A stretch of 64,000 nt of DNA from positions 128,001 through 192,000 of the forward strand of contig CAVZMH010000003.1 in the NCBI GenBank assembly GCA_963776345.1, read 5' to 3'. This DNA comes from an uncultured delta proteobacterium (GTDB lineage: Bacteria > Myxococcota > Myxococcia > Myxococcales > Myxococcaceae). Below are positions 1 to 9,836 of the stretch, one piece after another (position 1 is the stretch's first letter; each line of letters starts with the position of its first letter). Under the pieces are notes generated by a model. That model worked only from the letters and a program-made list of their open reading frames with translations. It ran no database searches and was not told where the DNA came from. The position numbers and the translations under genes are program-made.

Positions 1-693
1 CCAGAGCGAGCGGGAGCGGAACTCGCGCGAGACCAGGAGCGCTGCGAGAAGCCCGATGGCGGCTCCGAGACCCACCTGCCCGGCCCAGAGCACGCCCGGG
101 TGCGCGGCCCAGCGAAACCCGGCGGGCGGCTCCAGGGTGAAGAGCGCACCGCACACCAGGAGGGGGCCGAGGTCGTCGGCGTCGGAGATGTCGAGCAGGA
201 GCTCGGTCACTGCACCGCTCGCCTTCGCCCGGTCGGCCACCCAGCGCACCGCGTGCCGGGTGGTCTCGGCGCACGCCGCCCCGATGCCTCCGGCCTGGAT
301 CCAGCTGGCGGTGTCCTGCCACCAGACGACGCCTGTCGGCTGCAGCCGCCGAAACAGGACGAAGGTCGCGCCCGCCACCACGACCATCGTCAGCACGCCG
401 GCCAGCGTTCCGCCGAGGAGGCGCATCGGCGGGATGCGCCGCCGATCCACCCACCCGTAGTCCAGCCCGACGATGAGGGCGAGCCACCCGAGCCCCACCT
501 GTGCGAGCGGGGTGAAGACCTCGAGCAGACCGGGAGTGACGACTCCCAGCACGGTGGGGCCGAGCAGGAAGCCGACCAGTACCGGCTCGGACCCCGAGGC
601 GAGGCCGTGCCGCCGCTGCCCCCGGCGTCCCACCAGCACGCTCCCGACGAACGCCGCGGCGATCAGGCCCATCAGGGCCAAGAGCGTGTTCAT
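1..693 (-). CDS. Cation:proton antiporter / Kef-type membrane protein, truncated by the left edge
   Basis: Not in the ORF track. Manual translation from ATG 693 (ATGA overlap with the mscS stop): MNTLLALMGLIAAAFVGSVL...LVGFLLGPTVLGVVTP...LGWLALIVGLD. Multi-TM with a CPA2-like G-x-L-L-G-P-x-x-L-G motif. Confidence 0.6.
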   Translation of the reverse strand, partial: MNTLLALMGLIAAAFVGSVLVGRRGQRRHGLASGSEPVLVGFLLGPTVLGVVTPGLLEVFTPLAQVGLGWLALIVGLDYGWVDRRRIPPMRLLGGTLAGVLTMVVVAGATFVLFRRLQPTGVVWWQDTASWIQAGGIGAACAETTRHAVRWVADRAKASGAVTELLLDISDADDLGPLLVCGALFTLEPPAGFRWAAHPGVLWAGQVGLGAAIGLLAALLVSREFRSRSLW

Positions 694-2204
694 CCACGGT
701 CCTCGCTCGCCGGCTGACCGAGCGTGATGCGGGCGTCGCGAAGCGCGGTGGCCACGCGCTGCCCCAGGTCGGGGTGGATGCCGGAGACCTTCCAGCGCGC
801 GCCCCCGGCGTCCAGGGACAGGAGCTCGGCCCGGGCCCCGGAGGCGTGGGAGCCCGCCGCCTCGAGCAGCACCGACTCGACCCGGGCCTGGTCCTCCGTG
901 CTGCCCACCACGACCTCCAGCGACCGGCGGGCCACCGCGCCGAGCGCCCGCGCCGGGTGGAGAAAGGCCACCAGATGGGGGATGCGCAGCTCGGCGCCCT
1001 CGGGGTCCTCCAGGTGGACCTCGAGGAGCGTCACCGCGCGGACCTGTCCGCGGCGGCCACCGAGCTCCACCATCTCCCCGGTCCGGAGGGTCCGTCCCAG
1101 CACCGTGGGCAGCCCCACCGCGACCGAGGCGAGGAGGGGAACGGCCCCCAGCGCCAGCGCCAGGAGGACCGCCGTCGCCAGCCACGAGAGGGCGCCCGCG
1201 TCGCCTCCGGTGATGAGCGGAGCGGCGAAGAGGATCGCCAGCACCACCAGGGCGCCGCGCAGGAGCACCCCCACCGGCCGCGCCAGGTCGGCGGAGATCC
1301 AGCGGACGTGCGTCTCACCCCGGGCGATGCTGTCGAAGAAGAGTCGCAGGGTGCGGACCACCAGGGCGACCACCAGGGCGAGCAGGGCCGCCACGGCCAG
1401 CATCGGCAGGGCGGCCCCGATGCGGCCGAGGATCGCCGCTGCCGGATGCAGCACGGATCCGGTGAGCCGGGCGCCGGTCTCGCGCGTGGCGGCGAAGAGC
1501 GAGAGGACGAAGAGTACCCAGACGTAGAGCACGACGAGCTGAAGAACCCGGACCCCGATGCGCAGGCCGAGCCTCAGGGCGCCGCTGACCACCCGGCGGC
1601 TGGCGACCTCCACGCTTCCCACCCGCAGCGCCCGGACGCGCTCCCGGTCGGTGATCAGCGCCGCCACGAGCTGTGCGCCGAGCCGTCCGACCAGCCTCAG
1701 GGCGAGGAAGGCGAGCAGGGTGATGAAGACCGCCAGCGAGACCGAGAAGACCGATTCCTGGATCTGGAGCCTTCGCCGCTCGGCCTTCAGCGCCGCCTCG
1801 ACCCGCTGGCCGGCGGCGGCGGCGTACAGCGCGAGGTCGGACGCGCCATCCTCGCGCGCGTCGTCCGGACCCAGCTCGAGGATGGGCATGGCGCCCACCA
1901 GCAGCGCCACCCCCTGCTCCCGGGGCTCGAGATGCACCGCATCGGGCCCGGGCTGCTCGAGGAGGTGCGCCAGGGCCTCGGTCGCGTCGTGGGCGCGCGC
2001 CTGGGGCGGATGGCCGGAGAGGGGCGCCCGGATCTCGAGGACTGGCCGCTCGCGGATCCGGACCACCCCGGGAGGAGGAGTGTCGGGCTGTTCCTCGGGC
2101 GCCGCGCCCGCCGCCACTCCGGCGACGAGGAGGATCAGCGCCAGGGCGGAGGTGCGGGTGCTCACGGCGGGCTGGAGCGTTCTCGTGACCGGGCGTGGGG
2201 TCAA
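690..2204 (-). CDS. Mechanosensitive ion channel, MscS family, with N-terminal periplasmic domain
   Basis: Signal-like N-terminus, several TM helices, then RTLRTGEMVELGGRRGQVRAVTL...LRIPH resembling the MscS beta domain. Exact start uncertain. Confidence 0.75.
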   Translation of the reverse strand: MTPRPVTRTLQPAVSTRTSALALILLVAGVAAGAAPEEQPDTPPPGVVRIRERPVLEIRAPLSGHPPQARAHDATEALAHLLEQPGPDAVHLEPREQGVALLVGAMPILELGPDDAREDGASDLALYAAAAGQRVEAALKAERRRLQIQESVFSVSLAVFITLLAFLALRLVGRLGAQLVAALITDRERVRALRVGSVEVASRRVVSGALRLGLRIGVRVLQLVVLYVWVLFVLSLFAATRETGARLTGSVLHPAAAILGRIGAALPMLAVAALLALVVALVVRTLRLFFDSIARGETHVRWISADLARPVGVLLRGALVVLAILFAAPLITGGDAGALSWLATAVLLALALGAVPLLASVAVGLPTVLGRTLRTGEMVELGGRRGQVRAVTLLEVHLEDPEGAELRIPHLVAFLHPARALGAVARRSLEVVVGSTEDQARVESVLLEAAGSHASGARAELLSLDAGGARWKVSGIHPDLGQRVATALRDARITLGQPASEDRG

Positions 2205-2354
2205 GCCCCTTCACGCCGGTGGGGAGCCGATCCCGGCCGATGCGGACCGTCCGGCGGATGATCGACGAATGCCGTCGGTTCGCGAACATGCTCCCGCTCG
2301 GGATACCGCGCGCCTTCGCCCCGCCGCCGACGCAGGCCAGCCGAGCTCATCGGC

Positions 2355-4550
2355 TCAGAAGTAGAGCGCCACCGTGGCCCGGAGGTTGATCGGGTTGCCG
2401 GGCGTGAAGTGGATGTCGGTCACTCCCTTGCCCGCGAGGCCCGGATCGTCCCGTCCGGCGACGTACGAGTCGTTCGCGAACTGCGCCTCGCGCCAGCTCG
2501 TGTTCAGCACGTTCTCCAGCACCATTCCGACCTCGAGGAAGCGCCACCGGTAGGCCGCGGTGAGGTCGACGACGAAGTAGCCTTGGGCCTGGAGGCCGTT
2601 CGGGTCCTGGGTCGCGGGGCGGCTCCCGACCCAGCGCGCTCCGAGGCGACCGCGCCAGCCCGCGGGATGGAGGACGCTGAGCCCCGCCTGCCCGGTGAGG
2701 CTCGGCGCCAACGCCACCGCGCTGCCGTTGCCCTGGTCCTTCGTGTACGCCGCATGCGCGAGGGTCAAGTCGAAGTCGGCCCACATCCACGGGAGGATCC
2801 GGAAGCGCGCCTCGAGGTCGACACCGTACCGGTCGGTCGGGTCGGACGCCTCCACCGTGCCGTCGTCGGCCACGAAGACGAACTCGGACTGGAGATGGAT
2901 GACCCAGAGCGCCGCGGCGAGGTCCAGGCGGCGATCGAGCAGTGACAGTCGGGTCCCGATCTCGCCGCCCCAGGCCCGGGGCAGCGCGCCCACGCCGTCC
3001 TGCGCGACGACGGCCCGCGCGTCGTTGCTGTGAAAGCCTCCGCCGGCGTCCAGGTACAGGTCCCAGCCGGTCACCGGGGTGATGACGGTCTGGAGCTTCG
3101 GGTTGACGATCCCCCGCTGCACCACCGAGGTTCCCTGGTTGGGCAGCGCGCTCGGGTTCGGGCTGGTGTTGGTGACGTTCCACTCGAAGAGGTCCCCCCG
3201 CACCCCGAGCACGACGCGCAGCCACCGGGTGAAGCGCACGTCCTCCTGCAGGAAGGCGGCGAGATCGGACTGCACCACGTCGTCGAGGGCGCAGGGATTG
3301 AGCGCGGGCTCGCCCACCGGGGCGCAGTTCGAGAGCCGCACCCGCTGCTTGACGTGCCAGAGGCCGACGCTCGTCGAGTCGAGCCGAGCCTGGGCGCCCA
3401 GGGTGGTCACGGTCCGGATGTCGCCGAGGTCGACCCGCCGCCGGTACGTGGCGTTCAGGCCCGCGTAGACCCGCGCATCGTCCTGCTCGATCTCGTCGAA
3501 GTTCGCCTGGTCACGGAGCTGGAAGGTGAAGTCGTTGAAGAGCGTGAGACGGTAGCGGACCAGGTATGCGGTGATGGCGATCTCGTCGGTGTCGGACGGG
3601 CGGCTCTCGACGGTGAGCGCGAGCATCTGGCGCTGCGTCTGGCCGCCCTCGGTCGGGTCGATCGCCCCGAACCGGTCCAGGTGCCGCGGGTCCGACTCGG
3701 GCAGGTCCACGAACCGGGCCGGGATCTGCCCGCTCGAGCGCCACTGTGAGCCGTAGGCGCTGGCGAGGATGCCGAGCCGCGTCGACGAGGAGATCTGGAG
3801 CGTTGACTTGAGGAGGAGGTTGTAGCGGCGCAGGTCCTCGCCGACCAAGAACGGGCCCTGCGTGCCGTAGACCTCCGCTGCCATCCAGGTCGGGTTGGTG
3901 GCGCTCCCGGTCGTACCGATGCCCAGCACGCGCCAGGTCTCGAACGAGCCGTAGGTCGCCTGCACCGAGCTCTCGGCGAAGCTCCGCCGGGTCCGGAGGT
4001 TCACCGCTCCGGCGGTGGCGAAGTCGCCAACCTCGACGAAGTAGGGGCCCTTCAGGACGTCGACCCGGTCGATGACCTCCGGGATGAGGAAGTGCAGGTC
4101 GGCGTAGCCCTGGCCGTGGGCGTGGGAGGGTAGGTTGACCGGGATGCCGTCGACGGACAGGGCGACGTCCGTCCCGTGGTCGGCGTCGAACCCGCGGAGG
4201 AAGAGCTGGTCCGCCTTTCCACCCCCCTGGTGCTGGGCGATGACTAGGCCCGGGACGACCCGGAGGATGTCCTCCGGGGTCGCGTAGGGGCGGAGGCGGA
4301 GGTCCCGGTCCCGGATGCTCTCCGCCGACGCCGCCGAGGTCGGCGCGGGAGCCTCGATGGTCGTCTCGTACGTGCCCGGCCGCGCCGGGGCGTCGGTGGC
4401 AGCCGGCGTTCCACGAGAGGGTGCCTGCGGGGCGGCTGACTGCAGGGCGGGCTCGGGCAGGTCTGGCGAACGGGTGGCAGGCTGGGCGCGCGCCGCTGCG
4501 CCCAGGAGCAGGAGGGTGAGCCCACAGCTCACCCGGACGGATCGGGGCAT
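2355..4550 (-). CDS. TonB-dependent receptor, probably metal uptake
   Basis: Signal peptide, plug region QHQGGGKADQLFLRGFDADHGTD...HAHGQGYADL...KGPY, C-terminal aromatic (VALYF), SD GAGGGGG upstream. Confidence 0.9.
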   Translation of the reverse strand: MPRSVRVSCGLTLLLLGAAARAQPATRSPDLPEPALQSAAPQAPSRGTPAATDAPARPGTYETTIEAPAPTSAASAESIRDRDLRLRPYATPEDILRVVPGLVIAQHQGGGKADQLFLRGFDADHGTDVALSVDGIPVNLPSHAHGQGYADLHFLIPEVIDRVDVLKGPYFVEVGDFATAGAVNLRTRRSFAESSVQATYGSFETWRVLGIGTTGSATNPTWMAAEVYGTQGPFLVGEDLRRYNLLLKSTLQISSSTRLGILASAYGSQWRSSGQIPARFVDLPESDPRHLDRFGAIDPTEGGQTQRQMLALTVESRPSDTDEIAITAYLVRYRLTLFNDFTFQLRDQANFDEIEQDDARVYAGLNATYRRRVDLGDIRTVTTLGAQARLDSTSVGLWHVKQRVRLSNCAPVGEPALNPCALDDVVQSDLAAFLQEDVRFTRWLRVVLGVRGDLFEWNVTNTSPNPSALPNQGTSVVQRGIVNPKLQTVITPVTGWDLYLDAGGGFHSNDARAVVAQDGVGALPRAWGGEIGTRLSLLDRRLDLAAALWVIHLQSEFVFVADDGTVEASDPTDRYGVDLEARFRILPWMWADFDLTLAHAAYTKDQGNGSAVALAPSLTGQAGLSVLHPAGWRGRLGARWVGSRPATQDPNGLQAQGYFVVDLTAAYRWRFLEVGMVLENVLNTSWREAQFANDSYVAGRDDPGLAGKGVTDIHFTPGNPINLRATVALYF

Positions 4551-4619
4551 CGAGTCCCCCTCGGCGGACGGTGGAACGACCGGCAGACACTGGGCGGCGC
4601 GGGAGGGTCCCGCGCTGCG

Positions 4620-5000
4620 TCACGGTGCCTGCGGCTGTTCCTGCGACCACCAGCGGGGAAGGGAGATCGCGCGCCCCGGGGGCATCAGCGGCGACCGGAG
4701 CGCGAGCACCACCGGCTCGAACACGATCGGCGGCGCCGCCGCGAGCAACGGGAGCTGGAGGTGCTCGGGCGCGCCCGGGGCGTGGTGGTGCTCCGCTGGA
4801 CGCGCCGGCCCGGAGGGCGCGCCATGCCCGTCTCCATGCTGGACCCACGGCTCATCCGCCCCGTGGCGGAGGAACGGCGTCCCGTGCGCGAGCAGTGGGT
4901 GGGCGAGCGGGGCCACGGCCAGCACCCAGCCCGCGAGCACGAGGGCGAGCGGCGCCGCATCGCTCCTGCGCTGTGCGTGCGTGGCTCGGGCTCGGAGCAT
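4620..5000 (-). CDS. His-rich small membrane/secreted leader protein (DUF2946-like uORF) upstream of the TBDR
   Basis: 126 aa: hydrophobic N-terminal segment, His-rich middle (HGDGHG, EHHHAPG), Pro-rich tail ending EQPQAP-stop. Co-directional, 69 bp upstream of the TBDR. Confidence 0.6.
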   Translation of the reverse strand: MLRARATHAQRRSDAAPLALVLAGWVLAVAPLAHPLLAHGTPFLRHGADEPWVQHGDGHGAPSGPARPAEHHHAPGAPEHLQLPLLAAAPPIVFEPVVLALRSPLMPPGRAISLPRWWSQEQPQAP

Positions 5001-5035
5001 GAGTCTGACCAGGAGAACTACGGCAGCCAGCGCCG

Positions 5036-5057
5036 ATCGAATTCAAGCGAAATCGAT
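5036..5057. promoter_or_regulatory. AT-rich imperfect palindrome, candidate metal-regulator operator
   Basis: ATCGAATT-caagcg-AAATCGAT (one mismatch) between the divergent uORF/TBDR and hupE genes. Confidence 0.3.
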
Positions 5058-5099
5058 GCGCCTGCAGCGGCGCTCGGCCAGTAGGGTGGGCCCCACCCG

Positions 5100-6126
5100 A
5101 TGTCCCGGCCGCGACTCCTCGCCCTCCTCTTGCTCGGCGCGCTCGTCCCGGCAGCGGCCCGCGCGCACGCCGTGCGCCTCTCCACCGGGGACGTGGCGGT
5201 CGACGGCCAGGAGGTGCGGGCCACCCTCCAGTTCGCGCGGGCCGAGCTCGACGTGCTCCGGCCGGAGGAGGTGGCGGCGACGGTGCAGGTCTCTGCCGAC
5301 GGGGCGCCGTGCGCGCTCGCCGGCTCGTCGGTCGCGCCCGTCCAGGACGACGGCGTGGCGATCAGCGCGCGCTGGGAGTGCCCGCGACCGCTCGGCCGGC
5401 TGCGGATGGCGCTCGGCTTCCTCGGTCGGCTGCCGGAGGGACACCTGCACGTGGCGCTGCTCCGGCTTCCCGGGCGGCACAGTGCAGCGGACGGCCCGGG
5501 CCAGCGCACCGGTCCTGGAGGCGGAGGCGCAGCCGGGAGCGTGGGCCGGCGCGGGCAGGTTCCTCCGGCTCGGGGCCGAGCACATCTTCCAGGGGAGCGA
5601 CCACATCGCCTTCCTGCTCGGCGTGCTGCTGCTGGGGGGCACCCTCCGACAGCTCCTGGGCATCATCACCGCGTTCACCGCCGCCCACTCGGTGACGCTC
5701 GCCGTGGCGACGCTGGGCTGGCTGGTTCCGCCGCCGCGCCTCATCGAGCCGCTGATCGCCCTGAGCATCGTGGCCGTGGCGGTGGAGAACTTGCTGGCGC
5801 TCCGCGCTCCCCTCTCGACGGCCAGGGTCCGGTCCTCCATCGCCCGCAGGTGGCGCCTCACCCTCGGCTTCGGGCTGGTGCACGGCTTCGGGTTCGCCGG
5901 CGCGCTCCGGGCGCTCGAGCTGGCGAGGGCGCTGCTCGCCCCGAGCCTGCTGACCTTCAACCTCGGCGTCGAGCTGGGGCAGCTGGTCATCGTCGCCCTG
6001 GCGTGGCCGCTGCTTCGCTGGGCGCGGAGCCTGCCCGGAATGTGGCCGGCCGGCATGCGCTGGGCCTCGGTCGCCGTCTCGGCCCTCGGCGCCTTCTGGC
6101 TCGCGCAGCGCGTGTTCTGGCCCTGA
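5100..6126 (+). pseudogene. HupE/UreJ-family nickel transporter, +1 frameshift near 5465 (possibly a sequencing error)
   Basis: Signal peptide ...ARAH in the frame starting at 5100. The C-terminal half is in the next frame: GAEHIFQGSDHIAFLL, TAFTAAHSVTL, FGLVHGFGFA, FNLGVELGQ. Confidence 0.85.
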
Positions 6127-6188
6127 GCCGGTGCAACGGACCGAGCCCGCTTAACCTCGACCGGGTGGAGGGTGTACGCAGGTCATCC

Positions 6189-7466
6189 ATGGCCGATCCC
6201 GACGTGCCCTCTCCCGGCCGCCGCCCCTGGCTCTGGGTGTCCGCGCTTGTCCTCGTGGTGGTGGCCGGCCTGGTGGCCTGGCGGGTGCTGCATCGTCCCG
6301 CGCCGCTGCAGTACCAGACCGCGGCGGTGGCCAGGGGGCCCGTGGTGTCCCGGGTGACCGCCACCGGGGTGCTCTCGGCGGTGGTGACCGTCCAGGTCGG
6401 AAGCCAGGTGAGTGGGCGGATCGCCCGACTGCTCGCCGACTGGAACGACGCGGTGAAGAAGGGGTCGCTGCTCGCGGAGATCGATCCCGCGCTGTTCCAG
6501 GCGAACCTCGAGCAAGCCAGGGCCAACGTCCTCGCTGCAGAGGGCCAGCTGAAGCAGGCCGAGGCCAACGTGCTCGCCGCCCAGCGGACGTACGACCGGG
6601 ACAAGCCGCTCCGGGCCAGCAACCTCATCGCCCAGGCGGATCTCGACATCGCGGAGACCACGCTCCAGGCCGCGCAGGCGGCGGTGGTCGCGGCCCGGGG
6701 GCAGGTGGCGCAGGCCCGCGCCCAGCTCACCCAGTCCCAGGTGAACCTGAACTACACCAAGATCCTCTCGCCCATCGACGGGACGGTCATCTCCAGAAGT
6801 GTGGACGTGGGGCAGACCGTGGCCGCCTCGCTGCAGGCCCCGACCATCTTCACCCTCGCGGGCGATCTCCGTCAGATGCAGGTGGACACCGCCGTCGCCG
6901 AGGCCGACGTGGGGAAGCTCGCGCCGGGGATGGAGGCCACCTTCATCGTGGACGCCTTCCCGGAGGAGCGCTTCCGGGGAACGATTCGCCAGATCCGCAA
7001 TGCGGCGCAGACCCAGCAGAACGTGGTCACCTACGACGCGGTCATCGACGTGAAGAATCCAGACCTCAAGCTCCGGCCGGGAATGACCGCCAACGTGACG
7101 GTCGTCTACGCGGACCGCCAGGACGTGCTCCGGGTTCCCAACGCGGCGCTGCGCTTCCGGCCCCCACCCGAGATGCTGGCGGCGCTCGGACGCCAGGGTG
7201 GCGGTCCCGGACCGGTGGCCGGGCGGGACGGGGGGCGGGTCGGGCCGCCGTCGGCCGCGGCCGGAGGGAGCGGCCGGAGCCTCTGGGTGGTCCGCGACGG
7301 GCGGCCGGCGCCCGCGCAGGTCACGGTCGGAGTGTCGGACGGAACGTTCACCGAGGTCCTCTCCGGTCCGCTCCAGGCGGGCGACGCGGTGGTGACCGGG
7401 GTGGAGAGCTCCGGCGCTCCCGCGACGCCCGCGCCTCCGGGAGGACCGGTGCGCCGGCCGTTCTAG
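6189..7466 (+). CDS. Efflux periplasmic adaptor subunit (MacA/HlyD family)
   Basis: N-terminal TM, VQVGSQVSGRI, coiled coil, ILSPIDGTVISRSVDVGQTVAASLQAP, LRPGMTA. Confidence 0.92.
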   Translation: MADPDVPSPGRRPWLWVSALVLVVVAGLVAWRVLHRPAPLQYQTAAVARGPVVSRVTATGVLSAVVTVQVGSQVSGRIARLLADWNDAVKKGSLLAEIDPALFQANLEQARANVLAAEGQLKQAEANVLAAQRTYDRDKPLRASNLIAQADLDIAETTLQAAQAAVVAARGQVAQARAQLTQSQVNLNYTKILSPIDGTVISRSVDVGQTVAASLQAPTIFTLAGDLRQMQVDTAVAEADVGKLAPGMEATFIVDAFPEERFRGTIRQIRNAAQTQQNVVTYDAVIDVKNPDLKLRPGMTANVTVVYADRQDVLRVPNAALRFRPPPEMLAALGRQGGGPGPVAGRDGGRVGPPSAAAGGSGRSLWVVRDGRPAPAQVTVGVSDGTFTEVLSGPLQAGDAVVTGVESSGAPATPAPPGGPVRRPF

Positions 7467-7468
7467 TC

Positions 7469-7648
7469 GTGCCTCGACCGGGATGTATTGAGCAGAGCGA
7501 GATGGCAGAGACCGAAGCGAGACTGCGCACACGAGGACCGAGCAGCGGAGGCGTGCCTCGTCGCACGTCGAGCAGCGTAGGGCTGAGTCTGCGCGTCGCA
7601 GCGAGAGGATTGGCCATCGCAGCGGTCGATACATCCCGGTCGAGGCAC
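7469..7648. mobile_element. 180-bp MITE-like element with perfect 20-bp terminal inverted repeats
   Basis: GTGCCTCGACCGGGATGTAT (7469-7488) is the exact reverse complement of ATACATCCCGGTCGAGGCAC (7629-7648). No transposase. Lies between two genes that are normally adjacent. Confidence 0.75.
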
Positions 7649-7652
7649 TGAG

Positions 7653-8387
7653 ATGGCCGGTCCCCTGATCGCCGTCCAGGACGTCACCAAGGTCTTCCGG
7701 ATGGGAGACGTGGAGGTGCGCGCGCTCCGGGGCGTGAGCCTGGAGATCGCCGCCGGCGAGTTCGTCGCCATCCGCGGGCCCTCCGGAAGCGGGAAGTCGA
7801 CGCTGATGAACATCCTGGGCTGCCTCGACCGGCCCACCACCGGACGCTACCTGCTCGAGGGGCGGGACGTGGCCCCGCTGGACCGGGACGCCCTGGCCCG
7901 CATCCGGAACCGGATGCTGGGCTTCGTCTTCCAGAGCTTCAACCTCCTCCACCGGACCAGCGCGATCGAGAACGTGGAGCTGCCGCTCCTGTACGCCGGG
8001 GTCGGCCGGGTGGAGCGTCGGCGGCGGGCGGCCGAGGCGCTGGAGCGGGTGGGGCTCGGTGACCGGCTGGACCACACCCCCAATCGCCTGTCGGGCGGGC
8101 AGCAGCAGCGAGTGGCCATCGCCCGCGCGCTGGTCAGCGAGCCGAAGCTCATCCTCGCCGACGAGCCCACCGGAAACCTCGATTCCCGGACCAGCGTCGA
8201 GCTGATGGCCCTGTTCCAGGAGCTGGGCCGGAGCGGGATCACCATCGTGCTGGTCACGCACGAGCCGGACGTCGCCACCTTCGTGGGCCGGGTGGTCGTC
8301 GTCCGTGACGGCCACATCGCCAGCGACCGCCGGCAGGTCCCCGCGCGCGCCGACCCGTCCGCCCTCCCGGAGGAGGAGGCGGGATGA
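7653..8387 (+). CDS. ABC transporter ATP-binding protein (MacB/LolD type)
   Basis: Walker A GPSGSGKST, LSGGQQQRVAIARAL, ILADEPTGNLD, VTH. Confidence 0.95.
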   Translation: MAGPLIAVQDVTKVFRMGDVEVRALRGVSLEIAAGEFVAIRGPSGSGKSTLMNILGCLDRPTTGRYLLEGRDVAPLDRDALARIRNRMLGFVFQSFNLLHRTSAIENVELPLLYAGVGRVERRRRAAEALERVGLGDRLDHTPNRLSGGQQQRVAIARALVSEPKLILADEPTGNLDSRTSVELMALFQELGRSGITIVLVTHEPDVATFVGRVVVVRDGHIASDRRQVPARADPSALPEEEAG

Positions 8388-9604
8388 ACGGCCTCGAGAC
8401 GCTGCGGGTGGCGATCCGCGCGCTGCTCCGGAACAAGCTCCGCTCGTTCCTGACCACCCTGGGGATGATCTTCGGGGTGGGCGCGGTGGTCGCCACGGTG
8501 GCCATCGGCGAGGGGGCGCGGGCTGCGGTCGAGGAGGCCTTCGCCTCGATGGGGACCAATCTGCTGGTCGTGCTCCCGGGCTCGTCGACCACCGGAGGCG
8601 CTCGTGGCGGGTTCGGGTCCCAGCCCACGCTGACCTGGGAAGATCTCCGCGCCGTCCGGACCGAGGTGCCCACGGTGCGCTACGCCGTCCCGTACCTCCG
8701 GAGCTCCTCGCAGGTGCTCAGCGAGGAGCAGAACTGGACGACGCAGGTGGCCGGCACCGAGCCGGACTACTTCGAGATCCGCAGCTGGCCCATGGCGCTC
8801 GGCACGCGCTTCACCGACTCGGACGTGGACACCGGGACCAAGGTGGTGGTGCTGGGGGGGACGGTGGCGGAGAAGCTGTTCGGCCCCAACTCGAACCCGG
8901 TGGGCCAGACGGTGCGGATCCGGAACATCCCCTTCCAGGTGGTGGCGGTGGCCGGCCGGAAGGGACAGACGCCGACCGGCCAGGACTCGGACGACGTGGT
9001 CTTCATCCCCCGCAGCACCTTCCAGGCGAAGATCCAGGGAGGCCTGGGAAAGTTCCTCCAGGGGACCATCTTCATCAGCGCGACCAATGCCGCCACGGCC
9101 CAGCGCGAGGTGGCGGATCTCCTGCGGGACCGACACCGCGTCGGCGGGGCCTCCGAGGACGACTTTCAGATCCGCAACCTGGCCGAGGTGGCGAGCGCGC
9201 AGGAGGAGAGCAGCCGGACGGTGACGCTCTTCCTGGCCATCGTCGCCGCGGTGTCGCTGCTGGTGGGCGGCATCGGGATCATGAACATCATGCTGGTGAG
9301 CGTGACCGAGCGGACCCGGGAGATCGGCACCCGGATGGCGGTCGGCGCCCGGGGGCGCGACATCCTCCGGCAGTTCCTCGGCGAGGCCGTGGTGCTCTCG
9401 GTCGCCGGCGGCCTGCTGGGCATCACCACCGGCGTGGTGATCGCGCGCTGGCTGACCGCGGCCTTCCACTGGCCGGTGGCCTTCCGGTGGGACGTGATGA
9501 TCCTCGCGGTCGTCTTCAGCGGCGCCGTCGGCGTGCTCTTCGGTCTGTACCCGGCCCGCAAGGCGAGCCGCCTCGACCCCATCGAGGCCCTTCGCTACGA
9601 GTGA
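8384..9604 (+). CDS. ABC transporter permease (MacB/FtsX family)
   Basis: LRSFLTTLGMIFGV, GGIGIMNIMLVSVTERTREIG, PARKASRLDPIEALRYE. Confidence 0.95.
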   Translation: MNGLETLRVAIRALLRNKLRSFLTTLGMIFGVGAVVATVAIGEGARAAVEEAFASMGTNLLVVLPGSSTTGGARGGFGSQPTLTWEDLRAVRTEVPTVRYAVPYLRSSSQVLSEEQNWTTQVAGTEPDYFEIRSWPMALGTRFTDSDVDTGTKVVVLGGTVAEKLFGPNSNPVGQTVRIRNIPFQVVAVAGRKGQTPTGQDSDDVVFIPRSTFQAKIQGGLGKFLQGTIFISATNAATAQREVADLLRDRHRVGGASEDDFQIRNLAEVASAQEESSRTVTLFLAIVAAVSLLVGGIGIMNIMLVSVTERTREIGTRMAVGARGRDILRQFLGEAVVLSVAGGLLGITTGVVIARWLTAAFHWPVAFRWDVMILAVVFSGAVGVLFGLYPARKASRLDPIEALRYE

Positions 9605-9704
9605 GCCCGGGGAGCGTCCCCGGAGACGCGAAACGGCCTCCTGCCCCGTCCGGGGGTGGTCCCGGGCCAAGTCCGCGTGTTCACGGGACTTGACTCCGGC
9701 CTCC

Positions 9705-9798
9705 CGCAGTCATTGCGTTGTGCCCCGGCCGGGCGCGCAGTGCATGCGCCCAGAGGACTCCACCGTCGCGGGGGCGGACGGGTGGCTCGACCCTTGCT
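9705..9798 (+). promoter_or_regulatory. Sigma54 promoter of the hyp operon with two upstream CGCA-N5-TGCG boxes
   Basis: Boxes at 9705-9717 and 9736-9748 (the second is GCGCA-gtgca-TGCGC). -24/-12 TGGCTCGACCCTTGCT at 9783-9798. Confidence 0.7.
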
Positions 9799-9836
9799 CC
9801 AGGCGGCGATCGGCTCGGGATCGGAGGTCACCTGGC

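Noticed and set aside
2205..2354. Riboswitch (e.g. c-di-AMP) upstream of mscS and the antiporter
   Set aside because: No recognisable conserved aptamer motifs by eye.
5100..7466. Apparent 788-aa fusion of the HupE N-terminus with the MacA-like adaptor
   Set aside because: Artefact of the hupE frameshift plus a stop-free GC-rich frame. The adaptor has its own ATG at 6189.
7469..7651. 60-aa ORF as an independent protein gene
   Set aside because: Coincides exactly with the TIR-bounded element and has no protein-like features.
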